Part shown: positions 35,401 to 43,887 of the stretch, piece after piece
Layout: every line of letters begins with the position of its first letter
Numbering within the stretch: the stretch's first letter is position 1
From: Anaerolineales bacterium
GTDB taxonomy: Bacteria; Chloroflexota; Anaerolineae; Anaerolineales; Villigracilaceae
Assembly: GCA_020634895.1 (NCBI GenBank)
Contig: JACKAV010000009.1
Coordinates: 65,465-129,464, forward strand
Direction: 5' to 3'
Length of the DNA stretch: 64,000 nucleotides
Program-made: the position numbers and the translations under genes
The notes under the pieces: generated by a model
Database searches by the model: none
What the model was told of the DNA's origin: nothing
What the model saw: only the letters and a program-made list of their open reading frames with translations

Positions 35401-35736
35401 CCCGCCAATTTCAGTAACGCCGTCCGAGACTTTTACTTCATATGTACTTGAAGGGGCAAGGTTGAATAAACTTCCGATCAGTCTGCCGTCTTTGATACGC
35501 AAAAGATCATGCCCTGAATGCCAAACGGAATCTCCGCTTAAGCGATAGGTCATTTTCGCCGAGACAGGCAGCCCCGCACCGCTGACCACAACTCCAGCCG
35601 TTTCAATGTTGGGAACAAAACTGATCTCACTGAAACCTGCCGCAGGTATAGCCCCCGCTGACTGCACTGGCAGGATCAACATGCTTGAAACCAGCAAAAT
35701 AAATATAAAACGCGGAAAACGGATTCTCTTTCTCAT
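32461..35736 (-). CDS. Secreted surface protein: FN3-like domain, right-handed beta-helix, two Ig-like repeats, DNRLRE/CBM96-like domain
   Basis: Signal peptide; GDGSVSAPFRTIQ, Asn-ladder repeats, SPNIDRG...PDIGAFE; same Ig and C-terminal modules as 26187-29081; ends YYVP. Confidence 0.85.
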   Translation of the reverse strand: MRKRIRFPRFIFILLVSSMLILPVQSAGAIPAAGFSEISFVPNIETAGVVVSGAGLPVSAKMTYRLSGDSVWHSGHDLLRIKDGRLIGSLFNLAPSSTYEVKVSDGVTEIGGIFTTQSDELFFSPSNYIYVNDDAPAGGDGSVSAPFRTIQEGVNRAVPGSQVLVADGVYHESVTFPASGMPGNWIQVKAEGGGAVLDGSETLASDVWEPYKSKSLVWFAKIGPGIYYLTRDGKRMYKYDDLNGLLDSRGHNNTSISEGWYYDPVTSRLYVRSQREPSKYSWQIPRLNKAFDVNGRDWIWIEGFEMRYYGTEYGCGACLTNASHIVVRKNRIHNLQNPVFVEWTGGEDRGNDTRIEYNEMYDVVNDPWPWAAVKGTSMESIAVVLRGHIGAIVRGNQIHDYFNGIYTSSSGALDNPGVAFDADIYNNTIRNIGDDALEPEGTCVNHRFRNNSIDSTLVGISLAPITRGPVWVLRNTFSNFTARNIKWDRNSDGWVLIYHNTSWTNQANLNSLEMISNTYNSIMRNNIFQGNGYSVEAHHAGSTGHDWNYDNWSTSSTGYRFIWENVNYSTMNQLCRASNLECNGHENPPGLTNPAWGDFSLSATSPNIDRGVLIPGINDNYFGSAPDIGAFESPYGTAGPTATPMLDVSTPIPDAPTPPPVVTDTPAPVVPPVVTSISGADALSTNADFVRYALDFSKDVSGVDAGDFILSTSGNLANASITEISGSGSAYMVTVNTGSGDGTLRLDLTDNDSIIDAMSTPLGGVGISNGNFAGDTYTINRSAPYVTSILRADPDPTSADTVRFAVTFSESVFGVDAADFVLAASGLSDAGLLSITGSGSIYTVVVNTGSGNGSLRLDLFDDDSIVDAMGAPLGGAGIGNANFASGETYTIDRNTPVIYSAVFYSDGADDGWILESKETSNRGGTVNSRSATIRVGDNAQDNQYRSILQFPTESMPDNAVITQAILTLQLETIVGKNPFVSHRYIWIDIREGAFGSFGPFQIGSLQNSDFQAPASLYSAGIILDNPVGGWYWSNLDARSFPFINLQGVTQFRLGFLVDDDDNRRDDYLSFFSGDYGVLYARPQLTIKYYVP

Positions 35737-35828
35737 AGATGTACGAAATAACAAGGCGTGAACGCGCCGTTATCCGCTTCCACTATAGCATGGACAAACA
35801 AAAATACAATTTTCAAAACATGACAAAA

Positions 35829-35851
35829 AATCCCCGAATTTATCGGGGATT
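35829..35851 (-). terminator. Palindrome / terminator downstream of speE
   Basis: aatccccga-attta-tcggggatt, with a U-tract on the minus strand. Confidence 0.65.
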
Positions 35852-35857
35852 CTCAGG

Positions 35858-36688
35858 CTAACCGTACAATTCTTTCCTGAAAAATTCGGGCAGGGCAAAC
35901 GCCCCGCGATGAATTTCAGGGTTGAGATATTTGTTCTCGCCGGGCGGATACGGCGTTTTCAGTCCATCTTCCCAGGGGGTATCCGAGACGTACATAAAAC
36001 CGATGCCGCCGCCCGGGTAGGTCGGGATGTTGGCGTAGTAGTAAGCGGGATTCTTCGTCAGCGTTTTCGCGGATTGATAAATTTGCTTGATCAATTCCGT
36101 GTCGAAGAAAGGCTGCTCGCATTGAGTCGCTGCCGCGCCGCCGGGAGCAAGTGCATGCACTATGAGCTTGTAAAAGTCATCCGAGAAGAGACGCTCTGCC
36201 ATGCCAATGGGATCGGTCGTATCGGAGATGATAACGTCAAACGTGCCGGGGTTTTCCTCTAGGTAGCCGAAGGCGTCCCGAATGAGCAGCTTGGAGCGAG
36301 GATCAGACCACGGGTCCCCGAAGGAGGCGGTGAAGTATTCGCGGGAAAGGTCCACCACGCGCTGGTCCAATTCACAGACGGCAACCTCCTCCACCGAAGG
36401 GTATCGCAATACCTGCTGCAGTGAACCGCCGTCCCCGCCGCCGATGATCAGTACACGCTTTGGCACGCCGACGGCAAGCATGGGCATGTGGACGATCATT
36501 TCATGGTAGCCCATGTTGTCGCGTTCGGTGAGTTGGATGATGCCGTCGAGGATCATCGCGTTGCCGAAAAATTCGGTCTCGACCAATTGCAAATGCTGGA
36601 ATTCCGTCTGTTCATCAGCAAGGATTCTTTTAACGCGAATCCCCTTGCGGTAATACGGATGTAATTCTTCAGTGAACCATATGCTCAT
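35858..36688 (-). CDS. speE: Polyamine aminopropyltransferase (spermidine synthase type)
   Basis: LDGIIQ, YHEMIVH, IIGGGDGG, IISDTTDP. Confidence 0.92.
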   Translation of the reverse strand: MSIWFTEELHPYYRKGIRVKRILADEQTEFQHLQLVETEFFGNAMILDGIIQLTERDNMGYHEMIVHMPMLAVGVPKRVLIIGGGDGGSLQQVLRYPSVEEVAVCELDQRVVDLSREYFTASFGDPWSDPRSKLLIRDAFGYLEENPGTFDVIISDTTDPIGMAERLFSDDFYKLIVHALAPGGAAATQCEQPFFDTELIKQIYQSAKTLTKNPAYYYANIPTYPGGGIGFMYVSDTPWEDGLKTPYPPGENKYLNPEIHRGAFALPEFFRKELYG

Positions 36689-36736
36689 TCGAGTTCCTTG
36701 TGTAAAGTTTGTCGGGAGATGGGATGTTGCAGTAAA

Positions 36737-36759
36737 AAGGCGGTTGATAACCGCCTTTG
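36737..36759 (-). terminator. Terminator-like hairpin between the two speE homologues
   Basis: aaaggcggtt-gat-aaccgccttt; U-tract on the minus strand. Confidence 0.55.
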
Positions 36760-36769
36760 AAAGATAACA

Positions 36770-37708
36770 CTACTTCGGCAATTCCTGTGTACTGAAAACA
36801 GGTGGATGCTCGATCGTGTAAACGGTGGTTTCCTTTGCGATCGCGTCGCGGATGTGTTTGGGTGATTGCATTAATCCCAACAAGGTGGTGCCGTCGAACA
36901 TCTTAAATTTGCCGTTGGTTTTATCGGCAAGAAGTTCATCCACCGCTTCCGGATCGGGACGCAGGTTGATGGGAGAATCGCTCGCGAGAATAAAGCCCCA
37001 CGGATGCCCCAACATGGGCACATGGATGTGATACGAATGCACATACTTGAAAACCGCTTTGAGCGTGGAGACAAGACGAATGTGCATTTCCATCGACGGC
37101 GGTGAAACGGGACCCGCCTGCAGCAGAAAGTATCCGCCGGAACGAAGCGCTTTCTGCGCCTTGGCAAAATATTCCCTGGTGAATAACATGAACGACGGAC
37201 CATGTTCAATGGGATCGGTCAGGTCAGAAATGATGACATCCCATTCGGAGGGAGAATTGTCCAAATAAGCGACTGCATCCTGAATGACAAGCTCCACGCG
37301 CGGGTCGTCGAACGCGCCTTGATGCATTTCGGGCAAGTGTTCTATGCAGGCTTCCACGACTTCACGGTCGAGATCGACCATGACAACGCGTTCCATATTC
37401 TTCCACTTGAGCAGTTCGCGAATGGTTGCGCCTTCACCGCCGCCGAGGACAAGTCCGCGTTTGGGGTCGCCCTGATTGACACAGGCAGGCTGAACCAGAG
37501 ACTCATGATACAGAAAATCGTCGCCCGTGGATGACTGCCAGATACCGTCGAGAACCAGTCCCTTGCCGTATGTCCCGCAATCCACGATCCACAATTCCTG
37601 GAATTGAGTATGCGTGTGCAGAATGACCTTGTGAACTGCGTGATTCAAAACATCGTCGGGGGTCAAATAGTCAGAGATCCAATAAATTGGAGGTTTTGCT
37701 TCGTTCAT
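36770..37708 (-). CDS. speE: Second polyamine aminopropyltransferase (GGGEG type)
   Basis: LDGIWQ, YHESLVQP, VLGGGEGAT, IISDLTDP. Confidence 0.88.
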   Translation of the reverse strand: MNEAKPPIYWISDYLTPDDVLNHAVHKVILHTHTQFQELWIVDCGTYGKGLVLDGIWQSSTGDDFLYHESLVQPACVNQGDPKRGLVLGGGEGATIRELLKWKNMERVVMVDLDREVVEACIEHLPEMHQGAFDDPRVELVIQDAVAYLDNSPSEWDVIISDLTDPIEHGPSFMLFTREYFAKAQKALRSGGYFLLQAGPVSPPSMEMHIRLVSTLKAVFKYVHSYHIHVPMLGHPWGFILASDSPINLRPDPEAVDELLADKTNGKFKMFDGTTLLGLMQSPKHIRDAIAKETTVYTIEHPPVFSTQELPK

Positions 37709-37807
37709 ATTCATTCTCCTTGGTGAGGGTTTCTAATCACTCTTTTTCGTAATACGGAATCCATCACTGTCCATGGTGACCGTAAAATCCGTAAACTCAA
37801 TAATATC

Positions 37808-38191
37808 CTAAAACGCTATAGGCATTCTGGTTTCCACCGAGGCTTCCCGGTCGAGTTTTCGCATGGTGAAATCGTCCGCGCCGAATGCGTCCTTGATGCG
37901 CATCAGCAGAGGCATCATATCCTTTCCAATGGCGCAGGTGAAAAGGTCGATGGCGCAATAACCATATTCGGGCCAGGCGTGCAGGCTGGCATGTGATTCC
38001 GCAAGGAGCAGGAAACAGGTAAAACCATGCGGACTAAATTTATAAAAACCTTCATCCACAACCGTCAAGCCGCTTTCATGCACGGCTTGTGAGAACAACG
38101 AGTAGGCACGGTCGCTGTCCCTTAAAATCTCAGGGTTGCAGTCGGAGAGATCGAAAATATAATGTTCTCCCAATTTCAAACTAGCGTTCAT
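37808..38191 (-). CDS. speD: S-adenosylmethionine decarboxylase proenzyme (SpeH/SpeD type)
   Basis: LLAESHASLHAWPE self-cleavage motif, IDLFTC. Confidence 0.92.
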   Translation of the reverse strand: MNASLKLGEHYIFDLSDCNPEILRDSDRAYSLFSQAVHESGLTVVDEGFYKFSPHGFTCFLLLAESHASLHAWPEYGYCAIDLFTCAIGKDMMPLLMRIKDAFGADDFTMRKLDREASVETRMPIAF

Positions 38192-38206
38192 TCACACCTC
38201 CGGGTG

Positions 38207-38284
38207 TTAAAAAGTAAAGAACCCACCCAGGAACTCTTCCAACCCGATCCGCAGGATGTTTCCCTGCGTAACGGCTGAAACCAT
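38207..38284 (-). CDS. Candidate uORF MVSAVTQGNILRIGLEEFLGGFFTF in the speD leader
   Basis: ATG 38284 to TAA 38207; the stop overlaps the hairpin that sequesters the speD SD; no clear SD of its own. Confidence 0.3.
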   Translation of the reverse strand: MVSAVTQGNILRIGLEEFLGGFFTF

Positions 38285-38308
38285 TCTTGAGCAGACTCTG
38301 TGCGCGCA

Positions 38309-38336
38309 AATATACTACGGAGCATCGGAGTGTCAA
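38309..38336 (-). promoter_or_regulatory. sigma70-type promoter for speD
   Basis: TTGACA (38336-38331), 16 nt, TATATT (38314-38309). Confidence 0.6.
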
Positions 38337-38464
38337 TCTTTTTAGGTTATGAATATTATTTACTGAACGCCCTTACAAAAATCAAAATCATCATTGTAGA
38401 CTTCCTCCAGTCCACAATGATGATTCGGGGATTTACTTTTATACAGATTCAAAACGGGCGGATT

Positions 38465-39223
38465 TTAACGCACCACGCCTCGCACCTGACCTTCGACCTT
38501 ATCTGCCCAGGGATAGATCTCTGTGCCTTTGGCAGCTTCGCGAATGGCGGGATCATCCGAGTAATGCCCGCGTTGGTCTTGCGGAATCAACGGGGCAATG
38601 TGACGCATGATGTCGTGACCGATCTCATCCAACTGGTCGCGGAGTTTTTGTCCGCGCCCCTCGGCTTTGTACGGACCGAATGGTTTGCCGATGTTCACCT
38701 GTATCTTTGCGCGGCGTCCACGTTTGAGGCTGGGAAAAACCTCGGTCATGCCGACCAGCCCAACGGGAAGAAGAGGCGCGCCAGACCGCACCGCAAGGAA
38801 GGCTGTTCCGGGTCGTGCAGGTCGCAGGACAGCCGCCCAGTTCCCTCCCTCCGGAAAGATCGCCAGGATACCGCCTTGTTTAAGAATCCCCTCCCCGGCG
38901 CGGAGAGAATCCTTTGCGCCGGTGCCGCGATAAAGCGGATGATATCCCCACAGGAACGGCAGGACAAGCGAAGCCTTTGGTGCGTGAGGCGGCTGAGCGC
39001 CGCCCAGAAATTCGATCTGCCACGGAGCAGCCCGCACAAAACTGGCGGGGTCTACAAAACTGAAGTGATTCCCCACCATGATAAGCGGACCCGACTTGGG
39101 GAGGTTTTCTTCGCCGTTGATCTCAAGATCCGTGACAAGCCGATAGACGGGGTGAGACAGCCAATGCAGAAAACTGCGGACAAATCTGCGCCCCGGTGAT
39201 GTGAATTTTTGCTGTTCCATCAA
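38465..39223 (-). CDS. Lysophospholipid acyltransferase (PlsC family)
   Basis: NHFSFVD (HX4D), IFPEG, RPGTAFLA. Confidence 0.88.
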   Translation of the reverse strand: MMEQQKFTSPGRRFVRSFLHWLSHPVYRLVTDLEINGEENLPKSGPLIMVGNHFSFVDPASFVRAAPWQIEFLGGAQPPHAPKASLVLPFLWGYHPLYRGTGAKDSLRAGEGILKQGGILAIFPEGGNWAAVLRPARPGTAFLAVRSGAPLLPVGLVGMTEVFPSLKRGRRAKIQVNIGKPFGPYKAEGRGQKLRDQLDEIGHDIMRHIAPLIPQDQRGHYSDDPAIREAAKGTEIYPWADKVEGQVRGVVR

Positions 39224-40537
39224 TTAATCTGCAGGGGCATATTCCACAGCCGCCTGCCGGGCGCGCTGATCGCTAACCGTGAGAAGGATGAGCATTCCCA
39301 CAACAAGAAATACTGCAATGGAAAGAATGCCAGCCCGCTGCCCAGCCTGTTCGGCGAGAAGGTTATCCATTCCCTGCGCTTCGAGACGCAGAGCAATGCC
39401 GGAGGCGAGCAGTCCATAAATGGTTGGTCCGATGAAAGAGGAGGTTCTTCCGGCAATTGCGAAGAAACTGTAGAACTCCGCGCTTTGACCCTTCGGGGCA
39501 AAAATCCCCGCCATTGTGCGAGTGACCGCTTGCACGCCAGTCAAAGCAAGACCTGCAACCGAGGCGATGACGAAGAAACCGGTCAGGGTGTTATTGAAGA
39601 ACATCCAGATCACCGCACCAAGCATAAGCAGGAGTGAGGCGTACAGTGCCCGCATCAAACCCGTGCGTTCGCCAATAATCCCAGAGAGATACGCACCCGC
39701 CACACTGGCAACCTGTACCACGATCATAAGGATGATCAACTGGGTCTGGTTCATGCCATAAAGCACAGCGCCGATGATGGCGGCGAAATCCAGCGCCATG
39801 ACAATGCCGTCATTGAAGATCAAAAATGCGATGATGAATTTCAGGAACTCGCTGAAATGCCTCACCGAGCGGACAGTACGTCCAAGGCGGCTGAACGCCA
39901 GAGTGAAATAGTTCATGCCTTCGGGCAAAGGCTTGCGCTCGCCTGTCTCTTTCACCCACAAGAAGGTCGGAAGGGCAGAGATCAAAAAGAAGATCGCCGT
40001 AAATACGAAAGCTCCGCGCACAGGCAAATCTGAACCTTTGACGAGCACAATGGCAGGCAATACCAGCAAGAGACAAATGATGCCACCCACCGAACCGATC
40101 GCCCAACCGTTGGCAGAGACCTTCCCAATCTCATTGGGGTTGGCGACTTCGGTCAACAGCGAGTTGTAGAAGACCTGTCCTGCGCGGTAACCGATCTCAG
40201 CGAGCACGAAGAACAACATCCCCGTAAAAATGTCGCCCTTCCGCACAAAGAATAATAATGCCGTAAAAAGCCACGAAAGCGAAGAAAAGAATAAAAGGAA
40301 CCGTTTCTTGAACGCCGAATAATCTGCGATGACAGCCAAAAGCGGCGAAATGACCGCACTGACCAGCATGGCTATCCCCACCGCAATGCCCCACAAACGT
40401 GAACCTTCCGCCCCGCCAACCACCGACCCCTTAAAATAAGCCGAATAAATCGCCAGCAGCACCACCGCCGCGTAGGCGGAATTACCAAAATCGTACAAGT
40501 ACCACCCCCACTGTGCGCGTTTTCGCTCTTTTTCCAT
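39224..40537 (-). CDS. MFS transporter (UMF1/Atg22-like)
   Basis: WYLYDFGNSAY, FYNSLL, AEFYSFF; about 12 TM segments. Confidence 0.88.
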   Translation of the reverse strand: MEKERKRAQWGWYLYDFGNSAYAAVVLLAIYSAYFKGSVVGGAEGSRLWGIAVGIAMLVSAVISPLLAVIADYSAFKKRFLLFFSSLSWLFTALLFFVRKGDIFTGMLFFVLAEIGYRAGQVFYNSLLTEVANPNEIGKVSANGWAIGSVGGIICLLLVLPAIVLVKGSDLPVRGAFVFTAIFFLISALPTFLWVKETGERKPLPEGMNYFTLAFSRLGRTVRSVRHFSEFLKFIIAFLIFNDGIVMALDFAAIIGAVLYGMNQTQLIILMIVVQVASVAGAYLSGIIGERTGLMRALYASLLLMLGAVIWMFFNNTLTGFFVIASVAGLALTGVQAVTRTMAGIFAPKGQSAEFYSFFAIAGRTSSFIGPTIYGLLASGIALRLEAQGMDNLLAEQAGQRAGILSIAVFLVVGMLILLTVSDQRARQAAVEYAPAD

Positions 40538-40692
40538 TTGCTTCTCCTAAAATCAACTGGTTTTTACTGGTTAAACAGTCTAAATGGCGTTTCGTTATGC
40601 ACGCCCTCCCGCGTCTGTTATCAGTTAACCAAATCATAACCGCGATTGCGAATAAGGTATAGTTGGGTTCGAAAATTTTTTCGGGAGCATTC

Positions 40693-41499
40693 ATGATGTC
40701 CAAAAAAGAAAATCTTAATCAAGAAACGCTCGAAGCTTGGGAAGCCAACGCCGAAGTCTGGGATGCGCGTATGGGCGACGAAGGGAATGATTTCTTCAAC
40801 ATCCTGTGCTGGCCCGCACTCGCCTCCCTGCTGGACCCGAAGCCTGATTCTCACATCCTAGACATTGCCTGTGGAAACGGGCTGACCACCCGCCGCCTCG
40901 CCGAAATGGGATGCAGCGTCACCGCCTTCGACTTCTCCGCCAACCTGATCGAATACGCGAAAAAGCGTCTCGCTGACCGCCAATCAAAAGTTGACCTGCG
41001 CGTGCTCGACGCCACCAATGAATCTCAACTCCTCTCTCTCGGCGAAGGCAAATTCGATTCCGCACTTTCCAACATGGCTCTCTTCGACATGGCAGACATC
41101 GAACCGCTTTTTAGAATACTGCCAAAATTGCTCAAGCCGAATGGAACATTCGTATTCTCCCTCACACATCCATGCTTCAATAACGCCTCGTCCATGCACG
41201 TTGTCGAAGAAATGGACGACGGTGAGATCAAAACCGTATATTCCGTCAAAGTATCCCGCTATATGAATCCCTACAGTCAGCGTGGACTCGCTCTCAGAAA
41301 CCAACCCAAGCCGCAAGTCTATTTTGAGCGTCCGCTTCAGTATTATCTCAACCTCGGTTTTCAGAACGGCTTCGTCGTGGACGGATTCGAAGAACGAGCC
41401 TTCCCGTCCGAAACGCCGCAGTCCACTCCGCTCGGCTGGGGCGGAAAGTTCAGCGAGATTCCCGCCGCGCTCGTCGTGCGAATGCGATTGACAAAGTAA
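40693..41499 (+). CDS. Class I SAM-dependent methyltransferase
   Basis: ILDIACGNG, LKPNGTFVFSLTHPCF. Confidence 0.88.
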   Translation: MMSKKENLNQETLEAWEANAEVWDARMGDEGNDFFNILCWPALASLLDPKPDSHILDIACGNGLTTRRLAEMGCSVTAFDFSANLIEYAKKRLADRQSKVDLRVLDATNESQLLSLGEGKFDSALSNMALFDMADIEPLFRILPKLLKPNGTFVFSLTHPCFNNASSMHVVEEMDDGEIKTVYSVKVSRYMNPYSQRGLALRNQPKPQVYFERPLQYYLNLGFQNGFVVDGFEERAFPSETPQSTPLGWGGKFSEIPAALVVRMRLTK

Positions 41500-41515
41500 C
41501 GGTCATTAATCATTT

Positions 41516-42670
41516 ATGAATTTCGTTTATCTCATTATTGAATTTATCGACGAGCTTGTCTTCGGTGTCGGCGAGACCGCCTGGCCCCTTATCCGCAACG
41601 ACCTGCATCTTACCTATTCACAGATCGGATTGCTGCTCAGCCTGCCCGGCATCCTCGCCGCATTCATCGAACCGTTCATCGGCATCCTCGGTGACGTTTG
41701 GCGTCGGCGTCTGCTTATCATTATCGGAGGCATTCTCTTCACCGCCTCCCTTTTTATGACGAGTATCAGCTACTCTTTCATCTTTCTTCTCGCCTCCATT
41801 ATTCTTTTCAACCCATCTTCGGGCGCATACGTAAATCTCTCACAGGCAAACCTGATGGACTCAGACGAACAGCGCCACGAACAAAACATGGCGCGCTGGA
41901 CCTTCGCCGGTTCACTCGGTGTGGTGACGGGTCCGCTGCTGCTGGGCGCGTTTGTTTACTTCGGTTTGGGCTGGCGCGGAACGTACGCCATGCTCGCCGC
42001 GTTATCCACCTTGAGTCTGCTCATCGCCATCAAATATCTGCCCGCCGATAAAAAGAACACTCCATTCCCATCTTTCAGCGAAGTCTTCGACGGTTTCAAA
42101 GCAGCACTCAACGCCCTCAAACGCAAGGAAGTCTGGCGTTGGATGCTCCTGCTTGAGTTTGCCGACTTGATGCTCGACGTGCTTTTTAGTTTTCTCGCGC
42201 TCTACTTTGTGGATGTCGTTCGCACAAGCGAATCACAGGCAGGTATTGCCGTCACCATTTGGCTGGTCATGGGTCTCATCACCGACTTCTTATTCATCCC
42301 ATTTGTTGACCGTCAAAAAGATACCATTCGCTATCTTCGTTTTACCGCATTCATCGAAACAGCAGCGTTCATCGGCTTTCTGCTTATCCCCGGTTTTATT
42401 CCGAAAATATTGCTCGTCATCCTCGTCAACCTCTTCAATACAGGCTGGTATCCCATTCTACAAGGACGGTTATACTCAAGCCTGCCCGGTCAAAGCGCCA
42501 GCATCATGGCGCTCGGCATTGTCACCGACCCGCTCGCAAAATTATTGCCGCTCCTCATTGGCGTCCTCGCCGATAATTTTGGTCTCCAATCCGCCATGTG
42601 GATTCTGCTTCTCGGTCCGCTTGCATTGCTTATCAGTTTACCAAAGAAAAATCTAACGCCCAGCACATGA
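41516..42670 (+). CDS. MFS transporter
   Basis: GILGDVWRRR loop motif; about 12 TM segments. Confidence 0.82.
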   Translation: MNFVYLIIEFIDELVFGVGETAWPLIRNDLHLTYSQIGLLLSLPGILAAFIEPFIGILGDVWRRRLLIIIGGILFTASLFMTSISYSFIFLLASIILFNPSSGAYVNLSQANLMDSDEQRHEQNMARWTFAGSLGVVTGPLLLGAFVYFGLGWRGTYAMLAALSTLSLLIAIKYLPADKKNTPFPSFSEVFDGFKAALNALKRKEVWRWMLLLEFADLMLDVLFSFLALYFVDVVRTSESQAGIAVTIWLVMGLITDFLFIPFVDRQKDTIRYLRFTAFIETAAFIGFLLIPGFIPKILLVILVNLFNTGWYPILQGRLYSSLPGQSASIMALGIVTDPLAKLLPLLIGVLADNFGLQSAMWILLLGPLALLISLPKKNLTPST

Positions 42671-43884
42671 CACCCGATACCTCCATTTACATTCACATCC
42701 CATTCTGCACACATCGCTGCGCCTACTGCGACTTCAATACCTACGCCGGGCAGGAGGCGATGATTCCTGCATACGTCGATGCCCTGCTTAAGGAAATCGA
42801 ATACATCGGGAGTCGCCAACTAGACTTTAACGTCCCAACGATATTTTTCGGCGGCGGGACTCCTTCGCTTCTTTCGGGACCTCAATTTGATTCCATCATG
42901 TCGGCTTTATCTTCCGCCTTTGCCGTTTCCGCTGACGCGGAGGTGACCATCGAAGCCAACCCCGGAACGATCTCTCCAAACAAACTTGACGCAATTCGCA
43001 AGGCAGGCATCAACCGCATCAGCTTCGGTGTGCAATCGACGGTCACTGAAGAACTGCATATGCTTGAACGCACGCACGATTTCTTCACCGTTATCGAAGC
43101 CGTATCCACCGCCCGAAAAGCCGGTTTCGATAATCTCAACCTCGACCTCATCTACGGCTTGCCCGAACAGACTTTGTCAAGCTGGCAAACAACAGTAAAA
43201 CGTATTCTGGAATTGCAGCCGGAACATATCTCAGCATACGCACTCACCCTTGAGCACGGCACCCCCTTCGGCAAATGGGCAGACCGCGGGCTTCTCCCAC
43301 TCCCTGACCCCGACCTCGCCGCCGATATGTACGAATGGACAATGGATTTCCTCGCCAAGAGCGGCTACGCGCAGTACGAAATCTCGAATTGGGCAAAGGA
43401 TGATACACAACAAGCCAGTGAATATGGCCAACCTTCATTCGCTTGCAAACACAACCTCCAATACTGGCATTCACTCCCCTATCTCGGTCTTGGCGCGGGT
43501 GCGCATGGATACGCAAATAATTATCGCTACTCGAATGCCTTACGCATCAAAACCTACATCGAGCGGATGTCCTCTGACAACCGATCAGTGACCTCTACTT
43601 TTCCGATTACTCCCGTCACTGTGAACCATCATAAACAATCGCAGCAGGATGACATTTCCGATTACATGATCAACAACTTGCGGCTGGTAAAAGCCGGTGT
43701 CGCTGACTCAGATTTCAGGTCCCGTTTTGGAGGCGGGCTTTTGGATGTCTTCCCCAAAGAAGTGGATGAACTCATCCGCACGGGTCTCCTCGAAAAAAAG
43801 ACCTCCGATTTTTCGGAGGTCTTCAGACTTACTCGTCGCGGAAGGCTGTTGGGGAATCGGGTGTTCCTGAAGTTCATCCAATAG
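42667..43884 (+). CDS. hemW: Radical SAM heme chaperone HemW (HemN-like)
   Basis: YIHIPFCTHRCAYCDFN, FGGGTPS, EANP, YEISNWA, HNLQYW. Confidence 0.92.
   Translation: MTPDTSIYIHIPFCTHRCAYCDFNTYAGQEAMIPAYVDALLKEIEYIGSRQLDFNVPTIFFGGGTPSLLSGPQFDSIMSALSSAFAVSADAEVTIEANPGTISPNKLDAIRKAGINRISFGVQSTVTEELHMLERTHDFFTVIEAVSTARKAGFDNLNLDLIYGLPEQTLSSWQTTVKRILELQPEHISAYALTLEHGTPFGKWADRGLLPLPDPDLAADMYEWTMDFLAKSGYAQYEISNWAKDDTQQASEYGQPSFACKHNLQYWHSLPYLGLGAGAHGYANNYRYSNALRIKTYIERMSSDNRSVTSTFPITPVTVNHHKQSQQDDISDYMINNLRLVKAGVADSDFRSRFGGGLLDVFPKEVDELIRTGLLEKKTSDFSEVFRLTRRGRLLGNRVFLKFIQ
43798..43823. repeat. 11-bp palindrome inside the hemW coding sequence
   Basis: aagacctccga-tttt-tcggaggtctt, encoding KTSDFSEVF. 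Confidence 0.75.
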
Positions 43885-43887
43885 GAT

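Noticed and set aside
38200-38300. SAM-I-variant (spermidine) riboswitch or 4.5S SRP RNA upstream of speD
   Set aside because: Lacks the AUC..AGA, GGCAACC and GUGC SAM-I core and the SRP CAGG..GGAA..AGCAG loop.
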